From assembly GCF_009834535.1 (NCBI RefSeq), contig NC_045696.1, forward strand, positions 4,776,001 through 4,840,000: a stretch of DNA of 64,000 nt, written 5' to 3'. Positions 51,596 to 64,000 of the stretch are shown here, in pieces. Below the pieces are notes generated by a model that worked only from the letters and a program-made list of their open reading frames with translations, was not told the DNA's origin and made no database searches. This DNA comes from Camelus ferus (taxonomy: Eukaryota). The position numbers and the translations under genes were made by a program. Position 1 is the stretch's first letter, and each line of letters begins with the position of its first letter.

Positions 51596-51762
51596 GCCTT
51601 AATTCAAAGTCTGGTTCCTGGACCAGCAGCCTCAACATCGCCTGGGGGCTTGTTAGAAAAGGTGGAAACCTCTGCCCCACCCCAGACTTCCTGAATCAGT
51701 CTGTTTAACGAAGTGCCTAGGGGATGCAAATGGAATGTGTATTAGGGTTTAAGAAGCACTGG
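51596..51762 (+). mobile_element. MER5A (hAT-Charlie MITE)
   Basis: 'tcaaagtctggttcctggaccagcagcctcaacatcgcctgggggcttgttagaaa...gccccaccccagacttcctgaatcag...tttaagaagcactgg'. Confidence 0.85.
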
Positions 51763-51859
51763 TTCAGACTGCCCACCAACTAGAACTCATGAATTTGACT
51801 ATGGTTTACTGGCAATAGCCTCTCCGCTCACGCTCACTCCAACTCTGCTGCCTCTCCCA

Positions 51860-52200
51860 TGCTCCTTAACTCAGGGAACAGCAAACCATCCACTAGTCCC
51901 AGGGCCAAACACCTGGCCAGCTTTCAGGAAGCCCCTCACAGCAGCTCTGCCGTTTCTCTCTAGAAGCTGCCTGTCTTCACTCCACCGCCCTGCTTCTCTC
52001 TCTCAGATCTCCAGCCTTCTCATGGCTTCTTTGCCTTCACCCTGGCTCCCTTCCAGTGGATTCCCTACCCCACAGTCATGCTGATTTTGCTAAAATTCCA
52101 ATCTGTTCATGTTACCTCCCTGCTGAAAAGGCTGGAGCGGCTCCCCATGGATCTCGGGGTAAGTCCACTCTGCTTGGTGTGGCATCCCGTCGCGAGGCAT
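51860..52200 (+). mobile_element. L2 LINE fragment
   Basis: 'aaccatccactagtcccagggccaaacacctgg...ccttctcatggcttctttgccttcaccctggctcccttccag...ctaaaattccaatctgttcatgttacctccctgctgaaaa'. Confidence 0.7.
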
Positions 52201-53214
52201 GCGGTTCCAGTTGGCCCCTCCAGCGACTCCCAAGTCGATTTGAGAAAGGACAGCAGTGCCCTTTACCTGGTGAAGTCTTAACAGCTGCTGATATGCATAC
52301 CCCTATCTGTAAACAGAGAGAGATGGAGAGAGGGAAGGAAGGAGGAGAGGGAGTGAGAGGAGGAAGGAGACCTCCTCCTTCTGCAGACTGTTCAGCTGGC
52401 TCATCGGAAGTTCAGAACCAGGAACTAAATAAAAGACCCATGAAGGCTGAATTTGAAAGGACTGAGCCTTTGAGCGAAGGATCCTCCACTTCAGGCTCAG
52501 GAGAGCTCATCACGGTCTTATACTCTTCTTTTGGTGTGTCTCTTACCTCAATACCTGATGCTCCCAGCCTCCTAGAAACAGAAAGCAGGATGAGCCGGTG
52601 GCTGAAGCCAGCACTGATGCCTCCACACCAGGGGCCAGGTCAGGCACTGAGGATGGAGAGAAATCCTATAAAGAGCCAAGCAGGAGCTCAGAGGAGCCCA
52701 CAGGGTGCAGCTGCCCCACAGACACCCCCCTGATGTGAGCTTACTTCCAGCACTGTTTGATGTCTGGTGTGGATCACAGGATGCAGGCTGATGCCCTTCA
52801 GGGGACGCGGGAAACCGGAAAGGAAGTGCTGCCCGGCCCCCTGGAATACCGGTTTACTCCACAGAAATTCGAAGTGTTAGTTTTAATGGTAAAATGCTGC
52901 TGTAACGTGAGCTAGGATACAAGATCTGTGTGCGTTTCAAGGCGAAAAGACGAAGTTTAAAATAATCTTGCACAGTTGTGGGCCCCTTCACGCTACGATC
53001 CTAGACCCCAGAAAAAAGCCAGGTAACCATGGCAGGCTTATGTCAGTAGTGTTCTGGGGAATTTGTGTGTCGCGCTTGGTGTCACACCAGACAGAGGAGG
53101 GACAAGAGCTGTTAGGAGCTGACACACCCAGCAGGAAACCAGAGCAAAGAGCAACAAGTTGGATTATGGGATTTTGTTTTTTGTTGGAAGTAAAATCGTA
53201 ATTCTCATGCAAAC

Positions 53215-53410
53215 ACAAAGTGAACCAAAGTCAAAGATTTTACTTAACTCATTTATTAATGAGGGAACGACGGGTAAGCTGTTACAGCTGATTCAGCTGA
53301 GTGTTTAATTTACTGGGGGGTTTGTATTGTCTACTGGACAGAATCTATTTGCATCACCGTGAGCGGGAGTCCTTTGCATTGTTATAGGCAGGAAATGTTT
53401 GCATTGCTCT
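53215..53410 (-). mobile_element. Probable ancient interspersed repeat (LTR-like, family not assigned)
   Basis: 'aaccaaagtcaaagattttacttaactcatttattaatgagggaac...agaatctatttgcat...gagtcctttgcattgttataggcaggaaatgtttgcatt' reads like a recurrent eutherian repeat; minus-strand AATAAA at ~53252. Confidence 0.35.
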
Positions 53411-56400
53411 GTGTTTTCTATCAGTTAACTTCTGTCTGCGGAGTTGTAAAAAGCCTAGTGAAGGACAAGCAAAAGTCAAGACAGCCCGGGTGGTGAGCTA
53501 AATAAGCACGCACAATGCCCACTGAATCACTTTTTGCCCATTTCAATCTTTTACAATTTTTCCTGACATCATACTTAAAATGGTGAAATATTGGACTTAA
53601 CCCCAACTCGTAATCTTCGCAATCTTTAGATTCGGACTTTGTTCACAGGTGGGGAGACGTCTGAAGGTTAGAAGGGCTTGGGTGGAGTTGGGACATCCTT
53701 GAAAGCAAGAACTGCACCTAGTTTTTCATCCAGCAGGACCCCACTACTCCATGGAATGAATAATTCATAAATATTGGCCAATAGTGGAAATATGGAGGCT
53801 AAAATAGCTAAATTCCTAAAAATGTTTAAAGTGCTCACTCGGTGGCGTGGTAGGAAATGAAATGATTAACTATCCGATGTTTAAACTTCCATTTGATTTT
53901 GAAAGAAGCACAATCATGGAACTCTTCTCCACAGAAAGTTTTACCAATTCCCAAGAGATATCTATATACTGGGCAGCCCAGGTGTGTTTCCACTCTGCTG
54001 TTAACATGATCAGGAAACCAGGGACATACTCTCCTGCCCGACCCAGAGATGCGACTCTTTAAATGGAAAATAGCCATCTAGGTTTCTTCATGGACATTCA
54101 TAGTTGTTAAATGAATTATATAAAACATGCCTGATTAGCAGCTTAAACAGATTTGTTGTATATGTTTAATTATAATTTGCCTCTATTCTATGGGAAAACA
54201 GCAGATATTATTAAAGAGAAATTTTTCATAGTTATTTAACTGAAGATACCATGCCATGTCATTCCATTCAATAAAACTGCCAAGAAAAATTCCCATCACA
54301 GTTCTTGTCAAAGTGTTTAGCCCAATGGCATTAAAACCAAGCCGACTTAATCCTTAAATCAATTCATTGCCCGTCTAGCTTGATTTTCTCTTCAAATAAA
54401 AAAAAACTATAATGATATTTTAAATGATTAAAACCATATTTATCCATAACGGGATCTCAATAAATGTTTACTCTTTCCTCCTTATTTTGAAAATAGAATC
54501 AAAATTAAATCAAAATAAAATCTCAGACTAGTGAAATGCTTTTGAAAAATTTTAAATAGATATTTGCTATTGTCTAAGTAACACAAAATCAGTAGAAATC
54601 TGTGCTTTGGGTGCATATAATACGTACATGCATGTTTGCTTTCCCACAAACTGCATTTCATTATACATTTCTAACTAGAAATTAAGAAGAATCATTTGTG
54701 CTTTTTTAAAATGAGTCACGAGTAATTCGTTGTTAAATTTTATGAGCGGTCTTTCACTGACACAGTCAATCAGTATATGAAAAGCGAGTCAGATGTATTT
54801 CTGAAAGTAATTACATGGGTGGTGCAGGCACTCTACCTTAATTGCATTTGCACAGTTAGGCAGGCAGTGTATCATGAGGCTCCCTGATAGCATTCTGTGT
54901 GTTATCACCTTATTTCAAGCACAGTCTGTTGGAAATAAGCCACTCTGGGTCTCCCCTCTCCTCTATTTCACACCTAGGAGGGTGAAGAGGCAGAGTGCTG
55001 AGAGTTGTAAGTTGTTTTGCTGAAATTCTCTGGTAAAAAACACAGGGGCCTCACATATAATGTAAACAAAGGGAATCAAAAATTGCAGAATCCAAGCATT
55101 TATTGCCCTCCCCTGTCAGGGCCCAGCCTCTGGGAACATAGGTTACTTTTTGCTCTATTTCTTTCTGAAATAGGTCCAGAAAATGGGAAAAGTCATGATT
55201 GCTCTGGTCTTGATTCTCAAATCCAACAAAGTTTTCTTTAGTCCATTTTTAAAAACCTGAAATTGTTTTGAATGATGCCTAGGCCATAGTGAGGAAAAAT
55301 TCTGAGAAATTCTCTACTTTTAAGTTTAAAAAAAAAAAGTTGAGCCTAGAGAAGACAAGGGGGAAAAGTAAAGCATGAAATATCTACATGTGGCAAAAAT
55401 AATCATAGTTATTAGTTTGGGGGCTAGGCATGTGTTTTAAATGTGTTCAAAGAAAACATGTCCAGTTTAGTTTTGTTACTCTTGCTATAAAGGCAAAAAT
55501 TAAGCACGCACTGGAGAAGGTCTCCATAGAGTGGGTAAGTATACAGCAGTCATGTTTGCAGTGCTGGTTAGCAAGGCCATAGTATATAATCATGAAATAT
55601 AGGGAAGAAATCTAATTGTGCCAGTAAAGAGGCTAGAATGGTCTTCATTTCCATTGTAAGAATCCCCACAAAAGGGTGGTGTTGCAGTTTTCAGATATGA
55701 ATAAATGAGAGACAAGCTCACAGGGAGGAGAGAGACCACACTTGTTCTTCGTATCAGAATTGTGTTGCTCCACCATAATATAGTGACTTCAGCAACTTCT
55801 GAGTTTTCTTGTTTTACCCTCAGCTGGGAACCACAGGTGGACTCTGTAGGGTGAGGGGAACAGCCTTGTATCAACAGCCAGTGCGGTGGTCTCCTGTTCC
55901 TGCTCTGTCCTTCATTCGCCTGTAGTCCCATGAAGTTGTTCTGTCCCTCACTCAGCTGCCTCCTGCCTTCAGGAGTGTCTGATACCTATCCAGTCAGCCT
56001 CTCAGAGGGAGTAGTTAGTTATGTGACCCCAAACCCAAATTCTAATGAAGTGCCCAGGCTACATGTGAGTTTGGACAGTGCTTTTATTGTCATAATTTAC
56101 TGTTTGCACTAGTGAATGTGGCAGGCTTTATTGTACATTTAAAAAAAATAGAAGGAAATTATACTTTGGTAGCATTGTTGATTATCTTTTGAATGACATT
56201 GGTCTTGAGTACATTTCATATTCCTGAGCAAGGCTTTCCTTCACTCCTATGAACTTTCTACAATAAGTGGCTTCTGTTGCATGGACTGCTGTGGGAGGAG
56301 CTAAAAGTGAATAGCTTTATTTTAACAGCTTTAAAATCAATTTTTTCCTAGATGAATGACATTGTTAAATCTTTTCCAAAACAATATATTTGGTAGATCT

Positions 56401-56701
56401 ACTAAAATGTTTTCCAATTGCACATAGAGAAAATATATAGATACTAGTATCTAAGCGTGTCTTTTGTCCTTAACCCCATATTATAATTTAAGTTACCTGA
56501 AGTCTTAAGTGGGGATTAATAATGGCCTTCCTAGCATATATATTTATATATATTCTTGCTTTAACATTCTGCTCTCAAAATGTAAGGCACATCATCCTGT
56601 AATAGTAACTCAGTCTAGCGCTGGGCCCTAAGTTCGTACCTTTCTGCAACAGTAGAACCAAATTTCTACCGTCAAAATCATATACATTCCATATTCAGAC
56701 A

Positions 56702-57275
56702 TTTTTGTAATTGAAGTATAGTTGATTTACAATATTGTGTTAATTTCTGGTGTATAGCAAAGTGATTCAGTTATACACACACATATATATTCTTTTTCAG
56801 GTTCTTTTCTATTATAGGTTATTGTAAGATATTAAATACAGTTCCCTGTGCTATACAGTAAATCCTTATTTATTTTATATATAGTAGTGTGTGTCTGTTA
56901 ATCCCATACTCCAATTTATCCCCCCTACCTTTTCCCTTTGGTAACTGTAAGTTTGTTTTCTATGTCTGTGAGCCTATTTCTATTTTGTAAATAAGTTCAT
57001 TTATATTATTTTCTAGATTCCACATATAAGTTATACCATATAATATTTGTCTTTCTCTCTTTGCCATACTTTACTTAATATGATAATCTCTAGGGCCAAC
57101 CATGTTGCTGCAAATGGCATTATTACCTTCTTTTTTATGGCTGAGTAGTATTCCATTGTATAAGTATACCACAACTCTTTATCCATTCATCTGTTGATGG
57201 GCATTTGGTTACTTCCATGTCTTGACTATTGTAAATAATGCTTCTATGAACATTGGGGTATAGATATGTTTTAAT
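56702..57275 (-). mobile_element. LINE-1 3' end (artiodactyl-type, older than the camelid set)
   Basis: 'attgaagtatagttgatttacaatattgtgttaatttctggtgtatagcaaagtgattcagttatac...gttccctgtgctatacagta...catgttgctgcaaatggcatta'. Confidence 0.92.
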
Positions 57276-57829
57276 TTGGAATGTATATGAGAAATAAATA
57301 ATTTCTACAATGGTTTAAAATTCATCTCGACCATGTCTCAGGTGCTTAGGAAACCAAGTCTATGATGTTCTAAAAATCTTCTCAATTTGTCATGCACAGA
57401 ATTTGATGTAATGTGTATGAGTCTGCGAACAGCCTGTATCAGTCTCTGACATGCTATTTGTTCACACAACATTCAGTTTTGCTAAGTTATACAAACAGCA
57501 TGGTAATGGGAGTCTGATTTTATTTTTGTCATAGCTCACACACGTTGCTATCATTTACCTGATAACAAAAGACCGTTACATTTGTGTCTGTGTGTGTTCG
57601 CACGTGTATGGAAATGAAACATGAAATATTTGCCACCTATTTCTCTCTACGGCTAGATACAAAGTTATACACTTACAAGAAAATGTATTTATGACATCCC
57701 ATGTAGAGAATCCCTCTAGGACTAAGGAATTAACCACAACAGGAAACCCAGATGAGTGATATACGACCACGCCTCCGTTTGTATTTTGATAGCGGTTCAT
57801 GTGTTTCCTGGAGCAGAAACAGGAGCGTG

Positions 57830-58000
57830 GGCTTCAGAGGACAGGGAGAGCTGGGTGTGGAGCTTCGTGATCTCAGTCAGGTTACTCTTAGTGCGAGTCT
57901 CTGGTTTCATAGTGGATAATGGGGGCCAGGAGTAGAACCTGCAGGATTACTGAGAAGATGAAGTGCCTTGCTGCCTGGCACAGAGAAGCTCCCGTTATTA
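57830..58000 (+). mobile_element. MIR SINE fragment
   Basis: 'gtgatctcagtcaggttactct...ctctggtttcatagtggataatggggg...ggattactgagaagat...tgcctggcacagag'. Confidence 0.55.
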
Positions 58001-58249
58001 GTTATGTTGTTGTAGATGCTGTAGTTGGTCATTGTCGTTGTTGTGATGGTAGTATTAGTGACAGTCAGTTAGATATATAATTTTTTGTTCATCTGAAATT
58101 GCAAGTCTTCCCTCTTGTCAAGAATTGATTTTTTAGGGTTCTCTATAGGTTTTGAAAATTACATGTAACCAAGAAATGGTCATAACTTCAGTATAACATA
58201 ACATTTTTGTAATTTACTGCTTTACTTGGCATATAAAAAGTAAGTATGA

Positions 58250-58830
58250 ACAACCACTGTGGAAAACTGTCAGTATCTTATAAAGCTGATCATATACCTG
58301 CCCAGTGACAAAGCCATTCCATACCGAGGTACATCCCCAACAGAAATAGTCACCTTTGTTCACAATACACGGGTGCAGCACTCTTTATAAGAGCCCCAAA
58401 CAGGAAGCCACCCACATACCCCAAACAGCTAACTGGAGAGGTAAACTGAGGTATGTTCACACTCATCTAACACCACAAGGAGATGGGAATGAAAGTCCAG
58501 CAGCCACACATAACACGGGTGAATCTCACAAAAGCAACGTTGAGTGAACGGAGCCAGACACGGAAAGATACGTACCGTGTGGTTCTGTTTTCATGAAGTT
58601 CAGAAACAGGCAAAAGCAACCTGTGCTGTTAGAAGTTAGAGTGTGGATGACTCTGGACGTTAGGGGGAGGGGGCACTCAGGGGTGCTGGCCATTTATTGC
58701 TTCTTGATCTGCTCATTGCTTCCTTGGTATGGTATGGGGCTGGTGGGTGAAAATCTAATTGAACTATTCACTTAAAATAAATGTACTCTTCTCTAAGTGT
58801 CTTATACTTTACTAGCAAGTTTTTAAAAAG
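58250..58830 (+). mobile_element. Old L1 3' region (L1ME-type)
   Basis: 'aaccactgtggaaaactgtcagtatcttataaagctga...gggtgaatctcacaaaagcaacgttgagtgaacggagccagacac...aagttcagaaacaggcaaaa...gctgttagaagttagag'. Confidence 0.85.
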
Positions 58831-59984
58831 TAATACAAAAAAAGGTCAGTGCTTGAAATGTTTCATTTTTGTCTTTTAAAACATAGAAAACAATTTTAAC
58901 AATTTAAATGGAAATATATGCTTGGATTTGAAATTAAACATATAATTTTGATATCATTCTAAAATAATAATAAATTTGGGCTCAGATTTAAAGCATACCT
59001 CTCAATGTTGATGGACACTATATGTAATTGAGCACATCAGTTACTGTGGGTTAGCATTTCCTTGCAAAACAGAAAAAAAGTGAAACGTTATGTTTAGAAT
59101 GCTCTTCTAATTGGTGGGTTCATCAGAGAGGATGTAAGTACATATGGTGGAAATAATTACAGGTGATTCATAAGCATCAATGGGAATTAAACATTCACTT
59201 GGAACTCTAGTGCTGAACATTAGAGAAATTACAAAGTTCTACTATAGAAAAGGCTAGCAGATAAACACTGTCAGCCATTTTTGTTTTACTTCATTTTTTA
59301 AGGATAGGATTTCTTCTTTATCCCATTCCTTTTTTTTTTTTTTTGGTTCTTACCTTTCATTAGATCAAGTTTGAGTCTTCTATGTGGATAGAGAACTGTT
59401 TTTATTTTTCGAGGATATTCAGTGAAAAGGGATTATTCTCATATTCCTCTTAATTTATGAGTATTGTGTCAGTGAGGCTCAAACTGACGTATTTGGGAAA
59501 TTTGTTGGTAAATTATAATGCATTTTGTGCCTTTCCTCACTGAGATCATAAATGCATACGGCCTAGCTTCAGTCATCATTAAACACTTTTAAAGAAGTTC
59601 TAGAACTTTTGTTTTCTTCTCTAGCTCTTCCACGTATCCCAATTTTATGCAATGAAAATGTGTTACTTTGTAATTTAAACTTGGAGATAAATATGTTTTA
59701 GAAATAAATAAATAAACAGTATTTTTATGAGGTCTAGAGTTGTCAAAACAATAGTCACTGGACTAAGGTGAGGGAATAAACCTCACTTCTCCCTCCCAGC
59801 TTCCCCTCAAGTTTGTTTCTCAGTTCATGGTCAACTGCATTGATCATATTGATTTGACCTCCATAAACACACTCAAAATCTCTTTGGTTGGTTCCTTAAG
59901 ACCACAGACACTTTATCTGATTAAGTTGTTAGCAAACTCTACTTTAAACTCTACATTTTATAAATATTTGTGATCATTATCACT

Positions 59985-60215
59985 GTCATCATCATCACCA
60001 TCAATATGATCATTATTAATTGATTACTATGTGACAGGCATTTAGCTGTGCCTTTTGCATCCATTATCTAAGTATTTGAACCTTATAACATCAATGGGTG
60101 ATACTAGCCCCATCTTGCAGAAGAAGAAACCAAGTCTCAGGATAGTTAAAGTTAAGGAATTGTCCAGGGGCACATCAGCAATGAATAGTTGAGGTGAAGT
60201 TCAAACTCAGAGTGA
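59985..60215 (-). mobile_element. MIR SINE with adjacent short (CAT)n
   Basis: 'tactatgtgacaggca...cccatcttgcagaagaagaaaccaagtctcagg...gttaaggaattgtccaggggcaca'. Confidence 0.7.
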
Positions 60216-61758
60216 ACTGGCCTTCCTCACGCTGTGTTGCTTCCCTAAAATTATCAGTGTACCTTGACTAAATGTCTTTAAACAGAGATGCCTCAGTAGA
60301 GATACTAGGACGTTTCACGTAAACTTCCTCCCGTGAGAAACCTCTCCCATGAGGTTTCTGGTCCAGCCTGTGAGTGAAGCAGCATTTACACAAAGATGAA
60401 ACATGATGTGGAATAAAGTAGCCTAGAGTGTTGGGTAATTAATAACTTAAAAATAGTTTTGAGTCCCCTACAAAATCAAGAATGAAATGAAAGGCCAAGG
60501 AAACTCGAAACTATCCAAGCTGAACAGGCTGGCAGTTTTACACTCAAAGGTGTGCACATTTATTAAGGAACATGTTGATAATACAACTGAGAGTAACACA
60601 ATACAAAAAATAACTAAACTGGGATGAAGGTGTCAGAAAGAGCCCCTGACTCCAGCCTACAATCATGAGACAGACGGGCCCAACCCCATTCCGGGAGAAG
60701 CCTCCCCACCACGTGTGATCACGGGTTCTACAGAAGGAGCCATGCGGGTCCAGTTACCCTGGAAGTTAGGATATGCCACCCTCATGTCCTTCTGAAGGGC
60801 ACCCATCTAAATATTAAGACCTAAATCAAAGCAATTTGAAGTCTTAAACAGAGAATGAACTCAGGGGAGCCCCAGAAGAGCTGAGTGAAGTGCTCATGCC
60901 CTAGGAAATGAAAGCTTGTCAGTAATTGTGAATGGCCGGCTGACGGATGGGGGCGCCCCCCTGCTGGAGACGCTTCGGAGAGTCAAGTGCTCTTCAGCAT
61001 CCAGGACTGAGGATAGGAGAGGTGACAGAAGCCGTGTTCTTGTTTGGGATGACGGGCATTATTATTTTTTTTTTTTTTTTGTAGAGATGCAAATCTTCAG
61101 ATGCCCCTGAGAGCCTGCAGAACCACTCTGAAGGTTGTTGGCCTGGGTCCTGCTGCTTCACCTGCTCTGGGTGTCTGCAGGGGCCAGGCTTCTGATGGTC
61201 TCCTTGTAGGGACCCTCAGAGGGTCAAGAAGATGTCAAGAACAGCGTTTCCCTTTGTCTCTAATGGACTTGGACCCCCCTTCCCCCATGCACACGCATAC
61301 ACAAACACACATGCACACTGACTCTGCCTGCACAAGCCTTAAGGTCATCATTATTTATTATGTCTAGGGGAACGCGGCCATCCCCAGTGACAACCATGAT
61401 TAATGATAATGTGCAAACCTGAGGTAATTTGCTGACATATTAGATCTTTGTGAGGCACCAGGATGGAAGCAGCATTTTTCAAACTCTGCTCTGCTGGAGG
61501 GCAGCGCTGGCTCCAGGAGGAGGGGGAGGGCCGCAGCTCCCGGTGGGTGCTGCTCCATTAGCTATTTTCTGTGTTTATCTGTTTATAATTCTTGTTAATA
61601 TTTTGGATGAAGACAAGTAAGTGTTGTCTATAAAAAAAAATAGGTAGAAAACAATTGGATGGAATTGTATATGTTGAAAGGAGCATGCCAGGGGAGTTCT
61701 TGGACCATTTTCTGGAATCTTCTAGACTCGTCTGTGTGTGTTTTTATTTTCAGTCATC

Positions 61759-62136
61759 TGTATTTGTTTGCTAGGGCTGCCATAACAAAGTACCGTGGAC
61801 TGGGAGCCCAAACAACAGACACTTCCTTTTTTACCAGTTCTGGAATCCAGAAGTCCAAAATCCGGGTGCTGGCAGGGCTGATTTCTTCGAGGCTATGTTT
61901 CTCCTTGGCTTGTGGGCGGCTGTCTCCTCCCTGTATCCTCATGTAGTCTTCCCTCTGTGTGGGTCTGTGTCCTGATCTCTTCTTACAAGGGCACCTGTCA
62001 TTAGATTAGGGCCCACCCTCATGGCTTTAAAGAGGTAAGCCCTTTAAAGATCTCACATCCAAATCCAATCACACTCTGAAGTACTGGGAGTTAGGGCTTC
62101 AACATAAGATTTGCAGGGACACAGTTTAGTCCATCA
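61759..62136 (-). mobile_element. MaLR solo LTR (MLT1A-type)
   Basis: 'tgtatttgtttgctagggctgccataacaaagtacc...cagttctggaatccagaagtccaaaatc...gattagggcccaccctcatg...gtactgggagttagggcttcaacata'. Confidence 0.9.
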
Positions 62137-63140
62137 TCTAAAAAGTTGTGCATGCACATTCTGCATCACAGAGAATCTCTGTGACTTACATTATAAAGGC
62201 CACAGCCCCATTTCAGAGCCCTCATTTATGGTCGTATTTCACCTTCCAGCAGGTGGAAAGCACAGCTGCCTTCAGGTTGGCCTGTTTCATTGTCGGTGGC
62301 TTCTTCTGCGCCCTCCCCTTTCTTTAGTTCCTGCTTATCTCAGTGGTAGGTCCTCAACAGGCTTCACAGAGAATTCCAGTATTTGTCTCCTTCAAATTGC
62401 ATGTTTGATATATCCTTGATCATCTGTAGGTCCGAAAAGACTGTGCCACTCTTCCATGCGTGCAGGTCATCCTGTCTTTCTATTTCAGTCTGGCTGATAA
62501 ATTCCCAACCATTAACTGAGATAAGGTAGTGGTTCTTGCCAGCAGGGTAAACCGAGTTACAGTGTCTGCTTTTTTAGCAAGGTCTCTGCCAGTTGGATGA
62601 ACTGTCCCTTTATTCCCCCAAAGTGACATGGGTGCATCTGCTCAAATAAATTTGTGCTGCATATGGACTGTCTTGTTTGCTGGAAAATAGGTTCATCCTT
62701 CATTGAGAGGGCCGACCCATATGACCTTTATAACAAAAATATCAAGTGCGCCACTGCGTTTGTGCCAATGAGCTTGGGAGGCCATGCTTTCCCTTCTGGT
62801 CTCCCGCATCACGGTGGTACACGGTAGCTGCGCCCAGTTTCTGCAGTGGGCGTGCAGATCAGGGGAGAGGAAGCCTTCTGGAGGGAATAGGACAGGAGAC
62901 ACATCGTGAACTTGTTTTGAGATATAAGTACTAGTGATTCTTTTTTTTAACCAAAAAAACCTTTTAACGTACAAAGATAAAAAATAAACCACCCACTCTG
63001 AAACAAATCCACACAGAAAACAGAGTGAATGAACTATTCTTGTATTTGACTTTGAACTATCTACAATATCATCTTAACTCTCCGAGTTCCCTAATAATTG
63101 AAAAGTCAGGATAAAATGATTTCAAAGTGAAGTTTACCAT

Positions 63141-63178
63141 TCTCTCTCTCTCTCTCTCCCTCCCTCTCTCTCTCTCTT
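63141..63178. repeat. Interrupted (CT)n microsatellite
   Basis: 'tctctctctctctctctccctccctctctctctctct'. Confidence 0.9.
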
Positions 63179-63574
63179 TCGTTTAGGAAACAATATAGCC
63201 AATGTAACAAGATGCCTGTGTATCTCCAGTCAACTAAAACAAATTTATGAAAATTAGGACTGGTATACTGGTAGATTAAAAGATGATTATTTCCCAAAAG
63301 TTTATCTTTAGTTTAAAATACGGAATACTTCAGGGTAACTTCAAATAGCTCTTCATGATGATTCAAACTGTGATTCAATATGAAAAAATTCTTTGCACCC
63401 ATCTCCTGAGGAACATATGTTTTGGGATGTGATGTAAGCTTCTGTTCTAAATTTAAAAACTGAAGGGTGACATGTCCTCACTCCCATATTTATGCACAGA
63501 CACAACGTTTCTTTCTCATTCTAAATGACATAATAGAACTAAAAGTGGCCACAATGAGACTTAAGGGTCAGAAA

Positions 63575-63950
63575 AATGAGCTCCAGACCAGCTTTGTCAC
63601 CAGACAAGTGACGAGGCGCTTGGACAGTCTCTTTGCTCCTCTGAGCTTTCCCTCCTGGTAAAACAGTGGAGCAGAACTTCTCCCTCTAAGCCCGGATCTG
63701 ATGTGATCACAGCTTCGTGGGGTGTGGAGCCGGGTTACCTGAATCAAGGGCTGGCTCCATGGCTTCTCAGCCATGTGCCCTTGGGCAGGTGGTTTTTGCA
63801 TCCTCTGTTCTCAGTTTCTCCATCAATAAAGCAAGGAAAATAACATCCTGCCGATCAGGTTGCTGTGGAGGATTAAGTGATTTCATCCCTGCAAAGCACT
63901 TAGCACAGAGTCAGGGCCCTAGAACCACTCCATGCACAGCTAGTTGCTGT
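63575..63950 (+). mobile_element. Two MIR fragments
   Basis: 'ttggacagtctctttgctcctctgagctttccctcctggtaaaac' and 'gtgcccttgggcagg...ctctgttctcagtttctccatcaataaa...gttgctgtggaggattaagtga...aaagcacttagcacag'. Confidence 0.8.
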
Positions 63951-64000
63951 TACTGTTTTAAAAACACTGGGTTAAAAACCAGTGTGGGTCTAAGGCCACC

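Noticed and set aside
52056..52733. 225-aa plus-strand ORF, the longest in the window
   Set aside because: Begins inside an L2 fragment at a GTG, crosses a GA-rich low-complexity tract and resembles no protein I know.
60953..60967. Reverse CTCF-like motif CCAGCAGGGGGGCGC
   Set aside because: One extra G breaks the core spacing at the invariant GGC position; much weaker than the 33078 site.
1..64000. Prokaryotic-type systems (operons, CRISPR arrays, defence islands) or an intact provirus
   Set aside because: No regularly spaced direct repeats, no dense ORFs and no gag/pol/env coding. The sequence is mammalian and repeat-rich, and all LTRs are solo or fragmentary.

Overview
Mammalian genomic DNA, most likely camelid (alpaca/llama/camel): it carries three tRNA-Ala-derived SINEs of Vic-1 type. 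The window looks non-coding. I recognised no host protein-coding exon, and the only protein-like ORFs are remnants of the LINE-1 ORF2 C-terminus (~32050-32700, minus strand). It is a mosaic of younger L1 3' ends (six, all minus strand), old L1M, L2 and MIR fragments, MaLR/ERVL solo LTRs, hAT MITEs (MER20, MER5A, MER53) and microsatellites, plus unique stretches with enhancer- or insulator-like motifs (RFX/NFI cluster ~28.45-28.74 kb, CTCF site ~33.08 kb). The L1 orientation bias suggests a long intron of a plus-strand gene (inference). The most unusual structure is a head-to-head L1(-)/Vic-1(+) composite enclosed by one 13-bp direct repeat (13672-14022). I found no support for a novel multi-gene system. 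Repeat family names come from recalled consensus sequences, not a database search, and boundaries are approximate.
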